Shown here piece by piece: positions 27,426 to 40,700 of a stretch of DNA of 64,000 nucleotides (its first letter is position 1; every line of letters starts with the position of its first letter). Below the pieces are notes generated by a model. The model did no database searches and was not told where the DNA came from. It saw only the letters and a list, made by a program, of their open reading frames with translations. The position numbers were made by a program, and so were the translations under genes. Source of the DNA: Lama glama (taxonomy: Eukaryota); the NCBI GenBank assembly GCA_028534125.1, contig CM052816.1:42348001-42412000 (forward strand). The letters are read 5' to 3'.

Positions 27426-29583
27426 TTATCACCTGTCAAAGATTTTTAAACCAGGTGGTTGCCCAATAGAGCTGAATATTTTAACCATTTAGGGAAGGGA
27501 AGGAGTCCTCCCAGAAAGCAACAGAATGCCTTCTAATTATGACTTTTCATTTTTCCCAATTAGCAACCAACAGCAGCATATAGTCATGGAGGCATTGTTG
27601 GGAGTTGTTTGCCTCTGTGCAGATGTATTCAGATACTTAAATGTAGGTTTCTAGGCTTGATACATATTATAAAAATTATAAGATTGAAAAAAAATGACTT
27701 CAGATGGACTTTCTTAATCCATCAGATCTGAAGTCGTCTCCGGGTCAACTTCACAGGCAGTTGGAGGCTGTTGGATAGAATTTCTGTTGCCCAGCCCACA
27801 TCCTGTCAGCAGTACACACAAGTTAACCTGATTTGCCATTGTTAGAGCTACTCTTTTGAAATCTCTCCAAATCAGTCACTAATTCACTTTCAAGTATCAT
27901 CTATCACCACTCAGATGAGTTTCACTCTGTTCTCATTGATTGAGTTTGACTGACTGATTGATTCCCTTATTAGTCTGTCATCTAGACAGAGAAAAAATAA
28001 TTTGGAACATTCATCTTCAAATGGCATTCCAGAGATCATTTAGCTCAATGTGGGTTTCTGTGATTATCTCTCTTCCTCCATTCCACTGAGCCCTTTCTCT
28101 ATTGTGCACTTCTGGTATAAAGAAAGTTTACATGAGCAAGAATGAACAAGAATGCTGGTGAAAATTTAGAATTCTAAAAAAATGGAAATAATTAAGTTGA
28201 AATTTAAATTTGGCCTAAGAAGACTGGTCTTCCAAGTCTTAGGTGAAATACATTAAAAAAAAAAAAAGTACACACACTCTTAGCTCTTTTATGTTATATA
28301 CCTTACAATGACTCTGGGAAAATGTGAGTAAAACTTTTGACAATAAAACAATCCAGTACCTAAACTGAATCTATCAAAATGTTATGCTTTAAGGATTTCT
28401 GCCCACCAACACTTAGAGAATACTATTAATTATAGTAGTTACATGAAAGCTAAGCATGTAACTACTGTGCCAGTTGTTCAAAGTTCCTATAATGGGAAAT
28501 CCATAGGTTACCTAGAATCTATCTGTGCCCATCAATGGCCTTTAGAGGGGCTATTTTTCCCTACATGTCCTTTAAATTAAAATTTGTGTCAAAGAGATTT
28601 TTACCAAAACAGATAATAGGAATATTTACTGAAATAAAAAGTAGACCTCAATCAAATACGTCTGCACTAAAGCTCACAAATTATATGGTTTTGGTTGATT
28701 TATTTTAAGTAGTGGTAACACTTGAGGTAAACTGAGAAATGACTTGAAGGGACCTCAAATAGGTAGGGCTAACCATCTCATAGAAAATTCCTCAGAGATC
28801 AGGGTCCTCCTAGTATTTCACCTAGACTCACACAGGTAGGTAGGCGCAGAGCCAAGACAAAACTCAGGTCTTCTAACTCCTAGTTTATCCGTGGCAAAAT
28901 AATGGGGCCAAAGGAATCATTTTATAGGACCCTGGACAGTTTTTATTAACTCAAATTAGATAATTAATGTAACTTTTAATACACCTTATTTTTTAGAGCT
29001 TATTTATTCCTTCATTCATTCATTTGCTCTTTGTTTTCCCATTTTGGTCTAAAAAGTGACCTGAGGTAGTTTATAGAGACACATGCCTTACAACAAGGTA
29101 AAGCATTCGCATCAACCCAAGAGAAAAAAATATTTTCCAACACCTTAGGAATATTCATTTGGCACAGGAAAACACATTCCCAATATAAAAAATCCTGACA
29201 ATAGTTTTACTAATTAAAAATAATCTGCTAATCAGTGAGGCTTATTTTGTGATGAGATTCTTCTTACCCTTGCAAATTCTGAGTTCTTTCTTACCACTAT
29301 ATTCCTGACTCTAATTTCAGTTTCTACAGAAGATTGAAATCCAGACACATTGCTAACCCAAAGACATACTACAGATGAGTTCTAGCCAAGATACAAATGT
29401 TAAATGCATAAGTAGCCCCTATACTAAAAAGTCAGTAGCTAACCCAACACCCCTACCTGATCCAGGAGAAGCTCTGACCTTCAAGCTGCCCAGTCAATGA
29501 ATGACAGCTGCTAAAGGGGTTCCAGAAGTCTTGGAAGGACCTGGTACATTTTATATCTAGTAAAGTTCATAAAACTACAATTT

Positions 29584-29712
29584 TTTAAGCTTTTCTTTGG
29601 AGGGCGGTGGTAATTAGGTTTATTTATTTATTTTCAATGGTGGTACTGGGGATTGAACCCAGGACCTCGTACATATTAAGCATGTACTCTACTACTGAAC
29701 TATACGCTCCCC
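29584..29712 (-). mobile_element. tRNA-Ala-derived SINE (long form)
   Basis: ggtactggggattgaacccaggacctc...tatacgctcccc; TSD cat(a/g)aaactacaattt at 29568-29583 and 29718-29733. Confidence 0.93.
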
Positions 29713-30466
29713 TGACCCATGAAACTACAATTTGTAGGAACGGTACTTTATTTATAAATTGTTATAGTTTAGGAATGTTATAGTTTATTTGTTCCTCAGT
29801 CTTTGACTTTATTTTGATGAGTTCACTTCTTAACCTTAGAAACCCAAAGAATAGAATTTATGCTGCCAAGAGATGAAATTGGTGCCATTGACAGCAATGT
29901 GAATAATATTTATAGTTTGGAGTCAGTTTTGTTTTTATTCTAAATGCATCAATTTAAAATTATAAATGTTCATTCAGTTGTCAAAGCCAAGTTCAAATGC
30001 CACCTCTACTGAAACCCCTAGGCAGATGTATCTGAGTCTTTTTTTTTTATTCTCTATTACACTGTTCTCCACACTACATTGTATTCATGTAATTTATTTG
30101 TCTGTCTTGCTTCCCTGACTATAAATTCCTGAAAGGCAGAAGACAGAGCTATTTGTTTTTTATTGATAGATAGTAAACACCCAGTAAGTATCTAATGGAA
30201 GAACAACCATCACCATTTTGATAAAAATTCATAAAATGTTTTAAGCTGTTTTCTTTAAATCATATTATGGTAGGATCAGGAGGTAATTCTACCAGAATCT
30301 GAGGATTTCTTCTGGTGTGAGCCTAAGCTTTGCAGTCTAGATGCAAAGTCAGAGAAGAAGGCAATTGAAATAGAAGAGAAAGATTAAAAATCATATTGTC
30401 CAGGGTCTCCTCACTTCCTTATGCCCTTTGTCTTCTGCAGCAGCTGCTTGAAGCAATATAGGATAG

Positions 30467-30880
30467 TGCAGTAGACATTTGTTGTTTTTGTCCACTCTGC
30501 TTTCTTTCTTCTTCCTTCTGGTACTATCATCCTTCTTTTGCTTTGGAGGAACTGCTCCACCAGATACAGTCAAGTGTGACTGCCAATTTAGATGCCCTGC
30601 CCTCTAGCCAAGGGTGGCTACCTGGCACAAGCAAGGCTGATTAGATTGCTGTCTTTGGAATGTGAACAATGGACAAGTGGCTGATTGACCCTGAAGTGAT
30701 CAGCCAGCAGTCCCTGCTTTCCAGACCCTCAGTGGCCATAATTCCTGGCCCTTCTAAATCTCTTGCCTTGCCTTTCCTCTTGTTTGAGATGTCCTCACTT
30801 CCAATAAATTACTTCTCTGATGCAATTAGCCAGAAGTGGCCTATGTGATGGCAGCCAACAAATGGGAACTGACAGAAACA
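30467..30880 (+). mobile_element. Old MaLR solo LTR (MLT1K/J-like)
   Basis: Starts tgcagtagacatttgttgtttttg, contains ccaataaatt polyA signal, ends ...gaactgacagaaaca (TG...CA). Confidence 0.65.
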
Positions 30881-31310
30881 GTGAACTGAAGATTAAAATT
30901 CTATCTGATTTATCTAAAAGCCTAGCAAGAAGGCATAACCTTGGATATCTTCAATCTATTTCCAGATTCAGTTGACCGCACCCACAGTCCAGGTAAGTAA
31001 TCTGAGAAATCGCAATTTACCTTTCAAATATGCATTCGGTTCCTAAAGAACCCAGTTTTCCCATTCATTCCCCAGGCCAGCCCCAACAGATCATGTCTAG
31101 TGAAGCAACCCAGTCGGCTTGAAGACTCTTGTGGTACTTCTTACCTATTTCTTGCCTAACCACCCACCCATTCTGCCACAAAAACACTGGCACTTTTTTT
31201 TGTCATTACGAGATTTCAAAGTCAGCCATGTCATTAGCCCACTCCCAGTCAGTGGTTTTACCTCTGGTCACCAGTGATCACAAATGGGGAGCCTAATTAT
31301 ATCACTTTTT

Positions 31311-31537
31311 TTCCTAACATTTTTTTTATTAAGTTATCGTCATTTTACAATGTGTCAAATTCCAGTGTAGAGCAGAATTTTTCAGTTATACATGAACATA
31401 CATATATTCATTGTCACATTTTTTTCACTGTGAGCAACTATAAGATCTTGTATATATTTCCCTGTGCTATACAGTATAATCTTGTTTATCTATTCTACAT
31501 TTTGAAATCCCAGTCTGTCCCTTCCCACCCCCAGCCC
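31311..31537 (-). mobile_element. Short young L1 3'-UTR end
   Basis: Poly-T start; ttccctgtgctatacagtataatcttgtttatctatt; TSD tatat(c/t)acttttt at 31298-31310 and 31538-31550. Confidence 0.88.
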
Positions 31538-31564
31538 TATATTACTTTTTATTTAATACTTTTA

Positions 31565-31780
31565 TAGTTCTTACTCTGTACCAGGCATTATTCAAAGTGC
31601 TTTACACATTTTATCTCATTTAATCCTTATGAAACTCCTCCTGAGAGAAGAACAATAGGAAAATGAGGCATAAAGATCTTGAGTAGATTGTCCCAACTCT
31701 CAAAGCCCATAAAGAGCAAAATTAGGATTCAAATGCAGGCAGTCTGTTTCCAAGTCTGTGCTCTGAACCACCAAGCCATG
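31565..31780 (-). mobile_element. MIR SINE
   Basis: ccaggcattattcaaagtgctttacacattttatctcatttaatcctta...aggattcaaatgcaggcagtctg. Confidence 0.8.
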
Positions 31781-33074
31781 GTTTGGGGATGATGGGTTTA
31801 TCACATGGCCAATTAAAGGGAAGGGCTAATCATATTTTAATCTGCAGCAGCTGACAGGGTACATTGACATGGAAATAAGATTAGCCCCACATGTCAAAAA
31901 CCTAAAAACATCAAGTCAATTTAGAGTGCCCTCCAGGCCTTCTTCTTTCTTAAACACCATGGAAACAAGCCAAAACAACTCTACAGCAGTTTCCATTCAC
32001 ACTGAGAAAATTCTAATGCTTTGAATGGAAGGTACCTTTCTTCTTTAATTGGCCTGAAACAGACATGTTAATTCTCTAGAAAGTTTGAAATGTAAATCTA
32101 GTGCTAAACTTTTACTCATTGTCCTTGTCCTTGTTGTAGTCCACTGTTTCACTACCTCTGGAGTAGGAGAGAAATGTTGCTACACTTGTTCAATCATTCT
32201 TGTGTCCCATGACTGACTTGCTAACCTGTGTCTCTGGTGCAGGAAAACAGATGAAATGACAAATCTACCCATGGTCATGGATGGTACACTGAGGTCAAGT
32301 GGTCAAATCCCTCCGAGACATGAGGCCGCTCCTCTCTCCAGTAAGATTCTTAAACCATTTATAAATCATGCTGTAGGTGATTTTCATCCTCTTCCCATAT
32401 TTCAAATTGCAGTTAAAGTTTATTATAGTCGTGATAGTCTTACTGGATTAAATGTACATTATTCCTTTCCTTGAAATTTTAAAAGTTTTCTGGAAGCATA
32501 TCTAAAGCAAGAACTTGCATATTAGGTATCTCAATTTACCTGTGAAATCCTAACTCCAAAAACTCCCATTGAGCACTACAATCTAGATTCGTTTCCATGA
32601 CCATTAAACACTCTGCACTATGGAGAACATTCTTGATATAATAACACATAAACAAAGTGTTTGTATCAATTTTCTAACTTTCTTAAATCAGAGTGAAATA
32701 CAAGTGAAAGTTAATACTGGGTATCTGTAGGAAGTGGAATTATTAGTGAATTTTAACTTCTTGAACTTTTCTAATTTTACAAATCATCTGCAAAGAACAT
32801 ATATTTCTTCTATAAATAAACAGGGCAGTGTTAGCAAGAATATTAAAGTTTCTCTGTACCTTTATCGTGCTTGTAGTATCATGGTCATACGGCAATAGGT
32901 ATTCTTTTCTGATGTGTAGTCAATAAGAAAAATAAAATGAGCAAAACACTCTGCTTTATTTTAAAAGTAATAAAGCAAGAAAGTGTAAAAACTTACTACA
33001 ATAAGTGAAAAACTAATTTTCATCAGCATTCCATAGTTAATCAGACAGTAAGAGAAAAGAATCATTTTTACCTA

Positions 33075-33430
33075 GGAAAGCAGTCTGGTGTCAGAGGACC
33101 TCGAGTGTGAATGACAGTCTGCCTCCGACTGCCCATGAATGGGTTATATCACTTCCCTGTGCCTCACTTAGTGTTCTCAACTGCAAAATGGAGATGATAA
33201 CGCCTAGTTCATGGGCTGTGAAGGCACCTAGGATAGGCGGAGGCAGAGAACAGCCATGCAGTAAATGTTCATTTACTCATCCAGAAAGCTTGCTACAGTC
33301 CTCCTCTGGGTCAGCACTTGAAAAGCACAGGAACAAATAAAATAGAAAATACAGACGTAGTGCCTTCCCTCAAAGAGCTTGTGATCCAGAGAAGCAGGTA
33401 ATGAATCAAATATTTATGATGCAATAGAAA
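33075..33430. mobile_element. MIR (+, ~33075-33270) followed by L2 3' end (-, ~33265-33430)
   Basis: cacttccctgtgcctc...ctgcaaaatggagatgata, then tgttcatttactcatcc...ccctcaaagagcttgtgatccag. Confidence 0.65.
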
Positions 33431-34949
33431 AGTATTAGAGGTCCTAGGAATCTTCAATAAAATTTTTTTAATTTGAATAAACTCAAGTTCTCCCTTGGAA
33501 TACCTATTTCTCTAGGTTATGGAAACTGAATCTCAGTCAAATTGGGATTCCCCTATTTCTCTGGGGCAGGTTGGGAGTGGGTGAACATCACATCCAGGTA
33601 TTTACTAAAACATCTTCCATCTGATCTTCAGGCATTGGTCCATATCGGTCACTACTGATTCTGTTCATGTCCCCTAACTAAAGTACTTTGGGGCCTAACT
33701 CTCTTTAACTCCCTTGCCCCTTTACAGTACATGGGACCATTCTGTGGTTCCCATACCACACTGGGCCCCAGGAAGGGGAGGACCACCCTCAGCCCTTCAC
33801 CACCGCCATGCCCCCCTCAGAGCACAGATGTCACCCTCTGCTCTCATGACATGCTGCTCTCTATGGAACCTCTGCAAGCTCCCTCCAGGCCTGTGCACCT
33901 GGGTACCCTGTGCTGCCATGTCTGCTCTGGGTTCTTCCCACCTCACTGGGCTCCATCCAAGAAAGGAAACATGGTACCGTTTCTTGTGCTCAGATTCTGC
34001 ATAAACCTGGGGGATTTCTGTCACTCTCCTTATTCCTGTGCTGGGCTCGGGGAAAGGACCAGGCAGAGAACCTCACAGGTCCTCTGTCACAGGCCCACAG
34101 CATCTACTCATCCCTTGCTCCTTCCTGTCCAGAGCACTTTCTCTCTTCTGGAACATAGGAACTTTACATGCTCAGCATGTCTTCTCCTGGTTCATCTGTG
34201 TACATGCACCTTCTTATTCCCTGAAGGGCCCAGACTTTTGAAACTTAAAACCCAAGAAAAGACTGTGTCATCTCATCCTCCTTCATGCATCAAAGATGCC
34301 CCACCAAAGCTGGGTGTGGGGTGACAAATAAAAACGCTCGGGTAATAACTGAAAACTCTCCTTCTATCACATGACACAGAGGCTCAGACTGCTCCAAGGG
34401 AGAGAGGGCCCAACTGAACTGGGGCTCACAGCGGAGGCTTCACAGCGAAGGCCCAGCCAGAGCTAAGTCTATGCGGATAAGTCAGGGTTTGGCTACACAC
34501 ACACAGTCAGACAAGGGGGAAGGTCATTCCTCATAGAAGGAACAACATGTGCAAAGTGACACCATTACATGAGTCAAGATTTTAATTTATGTCTCACAAT
34601 GGTCTAAGCCATATATATCACATCTCATTTTGAGAATGGAACAAGCACAGACATAACTGTTTGAGCTGGAAGTTACTTTAGGAATCATCTAATCTAATCC
34701 CTGTATATAACTGACAAGGACATTGAGGCCTCAAATGATGACTTTTAATCCAATGTTCAAAAACAAATAAGACTAAAGTCAGACTTCCACTTCTACCTAC
34801 AGCCATAACTCCTACTCTCAATTTACCCTCCCAAACGTCTTTCTGGAGCCAAAAGGAAAAAAGAAATTATTCTCCAGTAACAGCACTGATGCTTCTAAAA
34901 GATAAGGTCCTGGCTTCTAGGAAATTACCCAATAAGGTAATTTATGGAG

Positions 34950-35150
34950 AACATACTATATGCTGATGAATGCTGTACTTATATTAGCTCCCTTAATGTT
35001 CATATCTTCAAAGTATGTACTATTATTATACTAATATTTATACCAATTTTATAGATGGGGAAACTGACATACAGAAAGGTAAGTAACGTGTCCCTAGGCA
35101 GGTGGTGGACAGTAAAACTCTAATATCCATGCTTTTAACCACTATAATAC
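34950..35150 (-). mobile_element. MIR SINE
   Basis: attttatagatggggaaactgac...agaaaggtaagtaacgtgtcc...catgcttttaaccactat. Confidence 0.7.
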
Positions 35151-35269
35151 CACATTTCTCTTTATGAACTTACCAAAGAATTTACCAAAAGTTATTCTGA
35201 CTCAAAGTCTATTTATCTATATATTTATTAATATACTTGCACAAATGCACAAATACATACATATAAGCC

Positions 35270-35720
35270 TTTTCATTGCAGTAGGGTTTCCTTTTTTAAA
35301 GACTAGAAATAACCTAAATACCTATTAATAAAAAGCTAATTTAATAAATGACAGCATATCCTTACCATACAGCCAGTAAAACGAATGGGAGGAAGTTATA
35401 TGCGCTGACATGGACCAATCTCCAAGAAATAAGATATCATTAAGCTAAAGGTAAAAAAAAATAAGAGGAAAACCAAGGTGTGCATAGTTATTTCCTATTG
35501 GGGTTTTTAAAGGCAGGCTATATAAATAATATTCAAGTTTGATTGTAGACAGAGTGTTTCCATAGGGCGTTAGTAAGAAATTAGTAGTGATTATCTACGA
35601 GGAGAGGAAGAGAGACAAAGGAACTGGGATTGTAGGATGGGAAGAAAATTTGTTTTTCACTGCACACCTTTTTGTAATGCTTGCATTTTTACCATGTGCA
35701 AATAAGATTTATTCAAATTC
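35270..35720 (+). mobile_element. Old L1ME 3' fragment
   Basis: actagaaataacctaaatacc...tgacatggaccaatctccaaga...tttttcactgcacacctttt...ttttaccatgtgca. Confidence 0.7.
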
Positions 35721-36427
35721 TACAAACTAATTGCATTTTTTAAGTTATCAACAATGGGATTTTTTTAATCCTAAAATAACTCTTCAAGCTTAAGTTTTTA
35801 AACACTTAAATTATTATGTTTGTATTTACCTACAAAACAGCTCTTTGAAAAGACCAGCCTTCTTAATTCCTTGCCAGGATATTGATTCATTTCTGACTCA
35901 CAAAAGAAAATAAAGAAATAACCAGATGTGTAACTAGCCCGATGCCAGTTGGTATGTGGGCGCTTAGGGCAAGGGACGTGGGTAGGGAATGACATGAAGG
36001 GAAGGGAGAGAAGGGGAGGGGAGAAGAGACGGCACCAAGGAGGTAATTCCTAGCGCTGCTAAAATCCCTGTATTATGAAGTTCCATCTCTATCATTCATG
36101 ACAGAGACTCAAGATTCAGAATGCTTGAGTTACAAGACATGAAAATACTCCTCCAAAAGATCTCTTAAAACCACATGCCACCATCAATACCCACAAGACA
36201 AATCATGCTTAGAGACTGGCCCTGACATAAAATGCTTCAACTACTTTCTTTCCATGCTTTTCTTTTGTTTGTTTCATTTTGTTCCATATCTACTGCTTAG
36301 ATTTTTTAAAGCTCGATCAAGTGTTCATGAAATTTAACTTCTGTCTTTAACACTCATCAAGTCCCCCTTAATTATGAGGATGCGTACTTTGGTAGAGGTG
36401 TTGGAGTGACCTGAGGGAGAAGAGGAG

Positions 36428-36620
36428 TGTCATGGACTGAATGCGTGTGTCTTCCCAAAACTCACGTGTTAAAGTTGGAACTTCCAATGCAGTCATATTT
36501 GGAAATGGAGCCTTTGGGAGGTACATAGGGTTGTAAGAGTGGAGCTCTCTGGTGAGAGTAATGCCTGTATAAGAAGGTCTACCAGAGAGGACTCTCTCTG
36601 AGGACACAGTGAGAAAGTGG
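36428..36620 (+). mobile_element. MaLR LTR 5' half (MLT1A-like)
   Basis: tgtcatggactgaatgcgtgtgtcttcccaaaactcacgtgtt...tatttggaaatggagcctttgggaggta...gaggacacagtgagaa. Confidence 0.85.
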
Positions 36621-36879
36621 AATAGTTTCCTCATGGTACAAATAGTTATTTCGGCTAAAATGTAGTGCAATGGTTTCAGACCAGTCTCACCTAAGAAAAA
36701 ACTGTTTTAATGTTCCTGGCCTGAAGATCACTTTAGAACAGACAATCAAATGTCCAGAGATCAACGTGTACTGCTCCTCAGGGAAATTATTAAACAGGAA
36801 AAAATAAGCTGTTGAACTATCATAGACAATGCATACCCAGATAAATACAACTAGCAAAAACAATAAAACAAAATCCACA

Positions 36880-37490
36880 AAGGAAAATGTTCATTCCACT
36901 AATAATCAAAGAAATGCAAATTAAAACAAATGATAATATCAAATATACATAAAAGGCCAGAGGATGTCATAAGGTCATACTGTATGAAAACTTTAGAAAG
37001 CAGCATGTCATGTTGATGTACAGCAAGAACCATAAAGATGTTCATAATCTTTAACCTTGATACCATTTGGGGGAATTTAATTATGAGAAAATAAATTCAA
37101 TACTAATAAAATACATATCTATAAACATGAAGATCCTCAATGCAATGTTTTCTATAGTATATACATCTTTATTTCTAAAATGTAATTTAATAAGTTAAAA
37201 GCTATCTAGTGGCCAATAGTAGAGATTAGCAAATTAAGATAGATGATATTAAATATTATACAATCATTTAAAACAGTAATCATTAATATGATACAGAAGT
37301 TGGAAATGTTAATGTTGAGAGGCAGAATGCTATGTGTAAAAAGCATAATATAAAATAGTGTGGTTGTAAATATTATAAAATGCACAGGCCTATGGAAAGA
37401 ACAATAGAAACTATTATACAAAAATATGTTTCATTGAATGGGCAAATGTGATTATGAATTAATTTTAAATATTTGTTTATATTGTTGTTG
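36880..37490 (+). mobile_element. Highly decayed L1M fragment
   Basis: actaataatcaaagaaatgcaaattaaaacaaatga...ctttagaaagca...tattatacaatcatttaaaa. Confidence 0.6.
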
Positions 37491-39721
37491 ACCTTTATGA
37501 AAAATCACATAGATTTATGATTTGAGGGTTTATTATAATCTGAGTATAAGGGGGGAAATAGCCAATTTTACAAAACACAAGCTTCAATGATTGAACTTGA
37601 TATTTATCACTTTCCTTCTTCTTTGTTTTAAAGAAGTCACTGAATATTCTTATGGTACAGCAAATTCTCATAACATAGCATATGCTTACAACTATAGAGA
37701 CTGACTTTCTAAAACCCTGCTCTAAATTCTGTAGCTACTCATTACTCAACTTCAGCAATCCATTACGGTAAGGATGGCTCTGAAGTTGTTTTCCTCACCA
37801 AAATGTTTACTTTGATCACTGTCTATTATTTACACACTGAGGGATTTGGGAGACCAGGCCCAGAACCCAAGCCCTTAGTGTTATCAAGAAATACCTCTTT
37901 ATCCAGAGCAAAGATTATAAATTTCAACTGTTCTACTCCTTTTTAATATTTGCCTTTGTTGCCTAGAGGAAAGGAGAGAGATGTGTGTTTTCACTTAATA
38001 TTTATGACTTTTCATCATACGTTCTTTAGAGCAACATGTTTAGAGCAGGGATTCTGAAAAACACTTAAAATAGACTCAGTTTCAAGTAGAAAGGTGACAA
38101 TCTGAAAGTTCTTTGACATTTTTCTTTACATTTTTATTCTCAGCATTTTGCCTTGGGGTCCAAATTAGTGGTTTCCAACACTGAAAAAGTAATCCTGGAA
38201 CAGCTGGCTCTATACTGAAAACAAACCATCCTGACCTAGGGTGTGGTTGCCCAGACAGGGACAAGCTACCAAACGGACAGTAGACTTTTAGTCTAGAGCT
38301 GGGGAAGGAGCAGGGTGCCCAGACAACGTTACTTCTTGCAAGACAGGAAGGCAAGAAGCCAACTGGAGAAATAAGATGAGGTCCCAGTCCCCTTTCGCCT
38401 GTTTTCAACATAGATGCTCAAACCAAGTGGATTTAATGTGACAAACTCCCAAGGGGGAAGAAATTCTTTTTAAAATTTTTGTTCACAAGGAAATGAGACA
38501 GTGTTTTATTGACCTTGAAGGGATCATTTAACCCGTGAAATAAACATGCAGGCACATACCCAGAGAATAAAGCAATCTGGCAGTAGGCTTAAAAGCAATC
38601 CTTCCATAAAACACTACTACCTCTCTGCCTCTTTCCTCCACATGGCTCAAAATCTTCCCTTTTTGCTCAGTGAAACTCAATACTTTGAAAATTCTATTTC
38701 TTCTTCTTTTCCATATTTTTTCTTTAGTTTGGGTTAAATGGGAATTGTTTTTATTCTCTTGGCTTGGTCAATTAGTTGGCAGCTTGTAGAAGGAGACTGC
38801 ATAAAGAATTGGAAATCTGAAGAACTGTGTTCGAGTTCCTATTCAGTCACCAACTATATAATTATTGACAAGCTAGATACTTCTCTAGGCCTCTATTTTC
38901 TCTTCCGTAAGGTAAGAAGGGTGAACTAAATGATTGCTAGGATACCATCAAACTCAAATTGTGCTGTTAACTAAGAGGAAAAATATAGATGGTGCCAAGA
39001 AATCCTGGAGGGAAGGTATACATCTTTAAAAGCAGATTTTTTTTTTTTAAGTACAGTAGAGGTAGGAAAACCTTATAGTTCATCTTCACCTGACTTGATT
39101 TCTCAGAACTCAGTTATCTCATGGAATGCACTACTCAGGGCTAAAAGACATATAGATCAAAACAAAGCTCTAAAAATAAAAGATGAACCTGTGTGAGGAA
39201 AAGGGGACTGGGAACCAGTGAAGAAATTCCTGCAGTCAGAATTTCTTACATTTTTTAATACCAAAGCAAACAAGTAGGAAGGAAAATTTTAGGTGCCCAT
39301 TTCAGTGCAGCTTTTCTTTCTGGCAGACCACTTTTTAGGGATTAATCCTCATTTCACCGGTTCTGCAGCCTGAAGGAAAAGTTATCCTAGATGAATTCAT
39401 TTTCTAACTTTGCATTGGTTTATCACCATGTAGCGCCAAATTGTGATCAAGTTAGAATTAAGGGGTGTGCACACAGCTACAATGAAAGTAAGAATAGGTA
39501 TAACCCATAAATAATTCCCAAATCCCACACTATAAATCGTTTCTCTCCCTCCTTATTCACAGAACTTTTCCTCCTGTGAATGAGAGTAAGTCACTAAATT
39601 TGCTGGTGTAACCTCTGTCCTTTCTCCTCTATTTCAGAAACACGGTGCTAAAAGCTAAACTATGCCTTCTCACTAGCCATTCTGTACAGTAGTTAATTTG
39701 GTAGCAAGCAACAGAAAATAT

Positions 39722-40090
39722 CCATATGAGTCTCTTGGGCTGCCATAACAAAATACCATAGACTGGGTGGCTTAAACAATAGGAATTTATTTCTCACAGT
39801 CTAGGAAGTCCAAGATCAAAGCACTGGCCAATTCAGTTCCCAGGTGAGGACCCTCTTCCTGGCCCTGCAGACAGTAACCTTTTCACTGTGTCCTCATATG
39901 ACATAAAGAGAGAGGAAGCGAACTCTCCAGCGTCTCTTCTTACAAAGATACTAATCTTACCATGAGAGTCTCACCTTTGTAACTTCATTGAAACCTAATT
40001 ATCTCCCAAAGGCCCCATCTCCAAACACCATCACATTGAAGGTCAGGGCATCAACATACAAATAGAGGGGACACAATTCAGCCCATAGCA
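39722..40090 (-). mobile_element. MaLR solo LTR (MLT1A-like), apparently nested in an older MLT1K/L-like LTR (~39685-40400)
   Basis: gggctgccataacaaaataccatagactgggtggcttaaacaa...ggccccatctccaaacaccatcacattg...gacacaattcagcccatagca. Confidence 0.9.
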
Positions 40091-40489
40091 CTACATAACC
40101 TACAAAAGAAATCAGTTTATTAGAGGATACTGAATAGCCCAGAGAATCAAAAAGAAACCTAGAGAACCAACAGGGTAACTTGGGGTTGCAGGGACAGTTA
40201 GGTAGCAAGAGTCAACAGTTAGTTCATTTATGGTGTTCATACTAGAAAGAATTAGTTCCAACAAAGGTTTCAATCTTTGAGTGTCTCCATGTAAGACTCA
40301 AACAACTCAAAGAGAATATGATTATCCTAGCTTGTGTCAAGAGGCAGGGTAACTTGATTAATAGTTTTAAGGGCATATAATAGAATAGAGTTTGGGGGCA
40401 GTGGGGTGGGGAACAGAGGTACTAACTCTCCAGAAAAGAGAGAAATAAATGCAAGGTAGCCAAAAAGCAACAACTCTCCAGTGTTCTCT

Positions 40490-40700
40490 GTTAAGCAAAG
40501 ACTTAGAAGAAACCAGGATTTCAATGCTGGCTCAGCCACTCATTAACTGTCATTTAGGCAAATGTATTAGACTTTCTGAACCTCAGTTTTTGCATCATTC
40601 AAATAGTAAAAGTAATATCCGTCTAATGGCAATACTGTGTTGACTAAACAAGTTACACACAGAGAACCTGATGTATCCTAAGTCCTCAGTAAATGTTAGA
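40490..40700 (+). mobile_element. MIR SINE
   Basis: ctggctcagccactcattaactgt...ttctgaacctcagttttt...ctcagtaaatgttag. Confidence 0.7.

Noticed and set aside
33731..34324. Longest ORF (197 aa) and Kozak-like caccgccATG at ~33808
   Set aside because: Low-information P/S/L/C/H-rich translation with no recognisable domain, and overlapping ORFs in several frames due to local GC richness. The Kozak ATG closes after 13 codons.
24125..36620. MLT1A 3' half (24125-24322) and 5' half (36428-36620) as one split LTR
   Set aside because: The halves are in the wrong order, overlap in consensus position and share no TSD; independent truncated copies are simpler.
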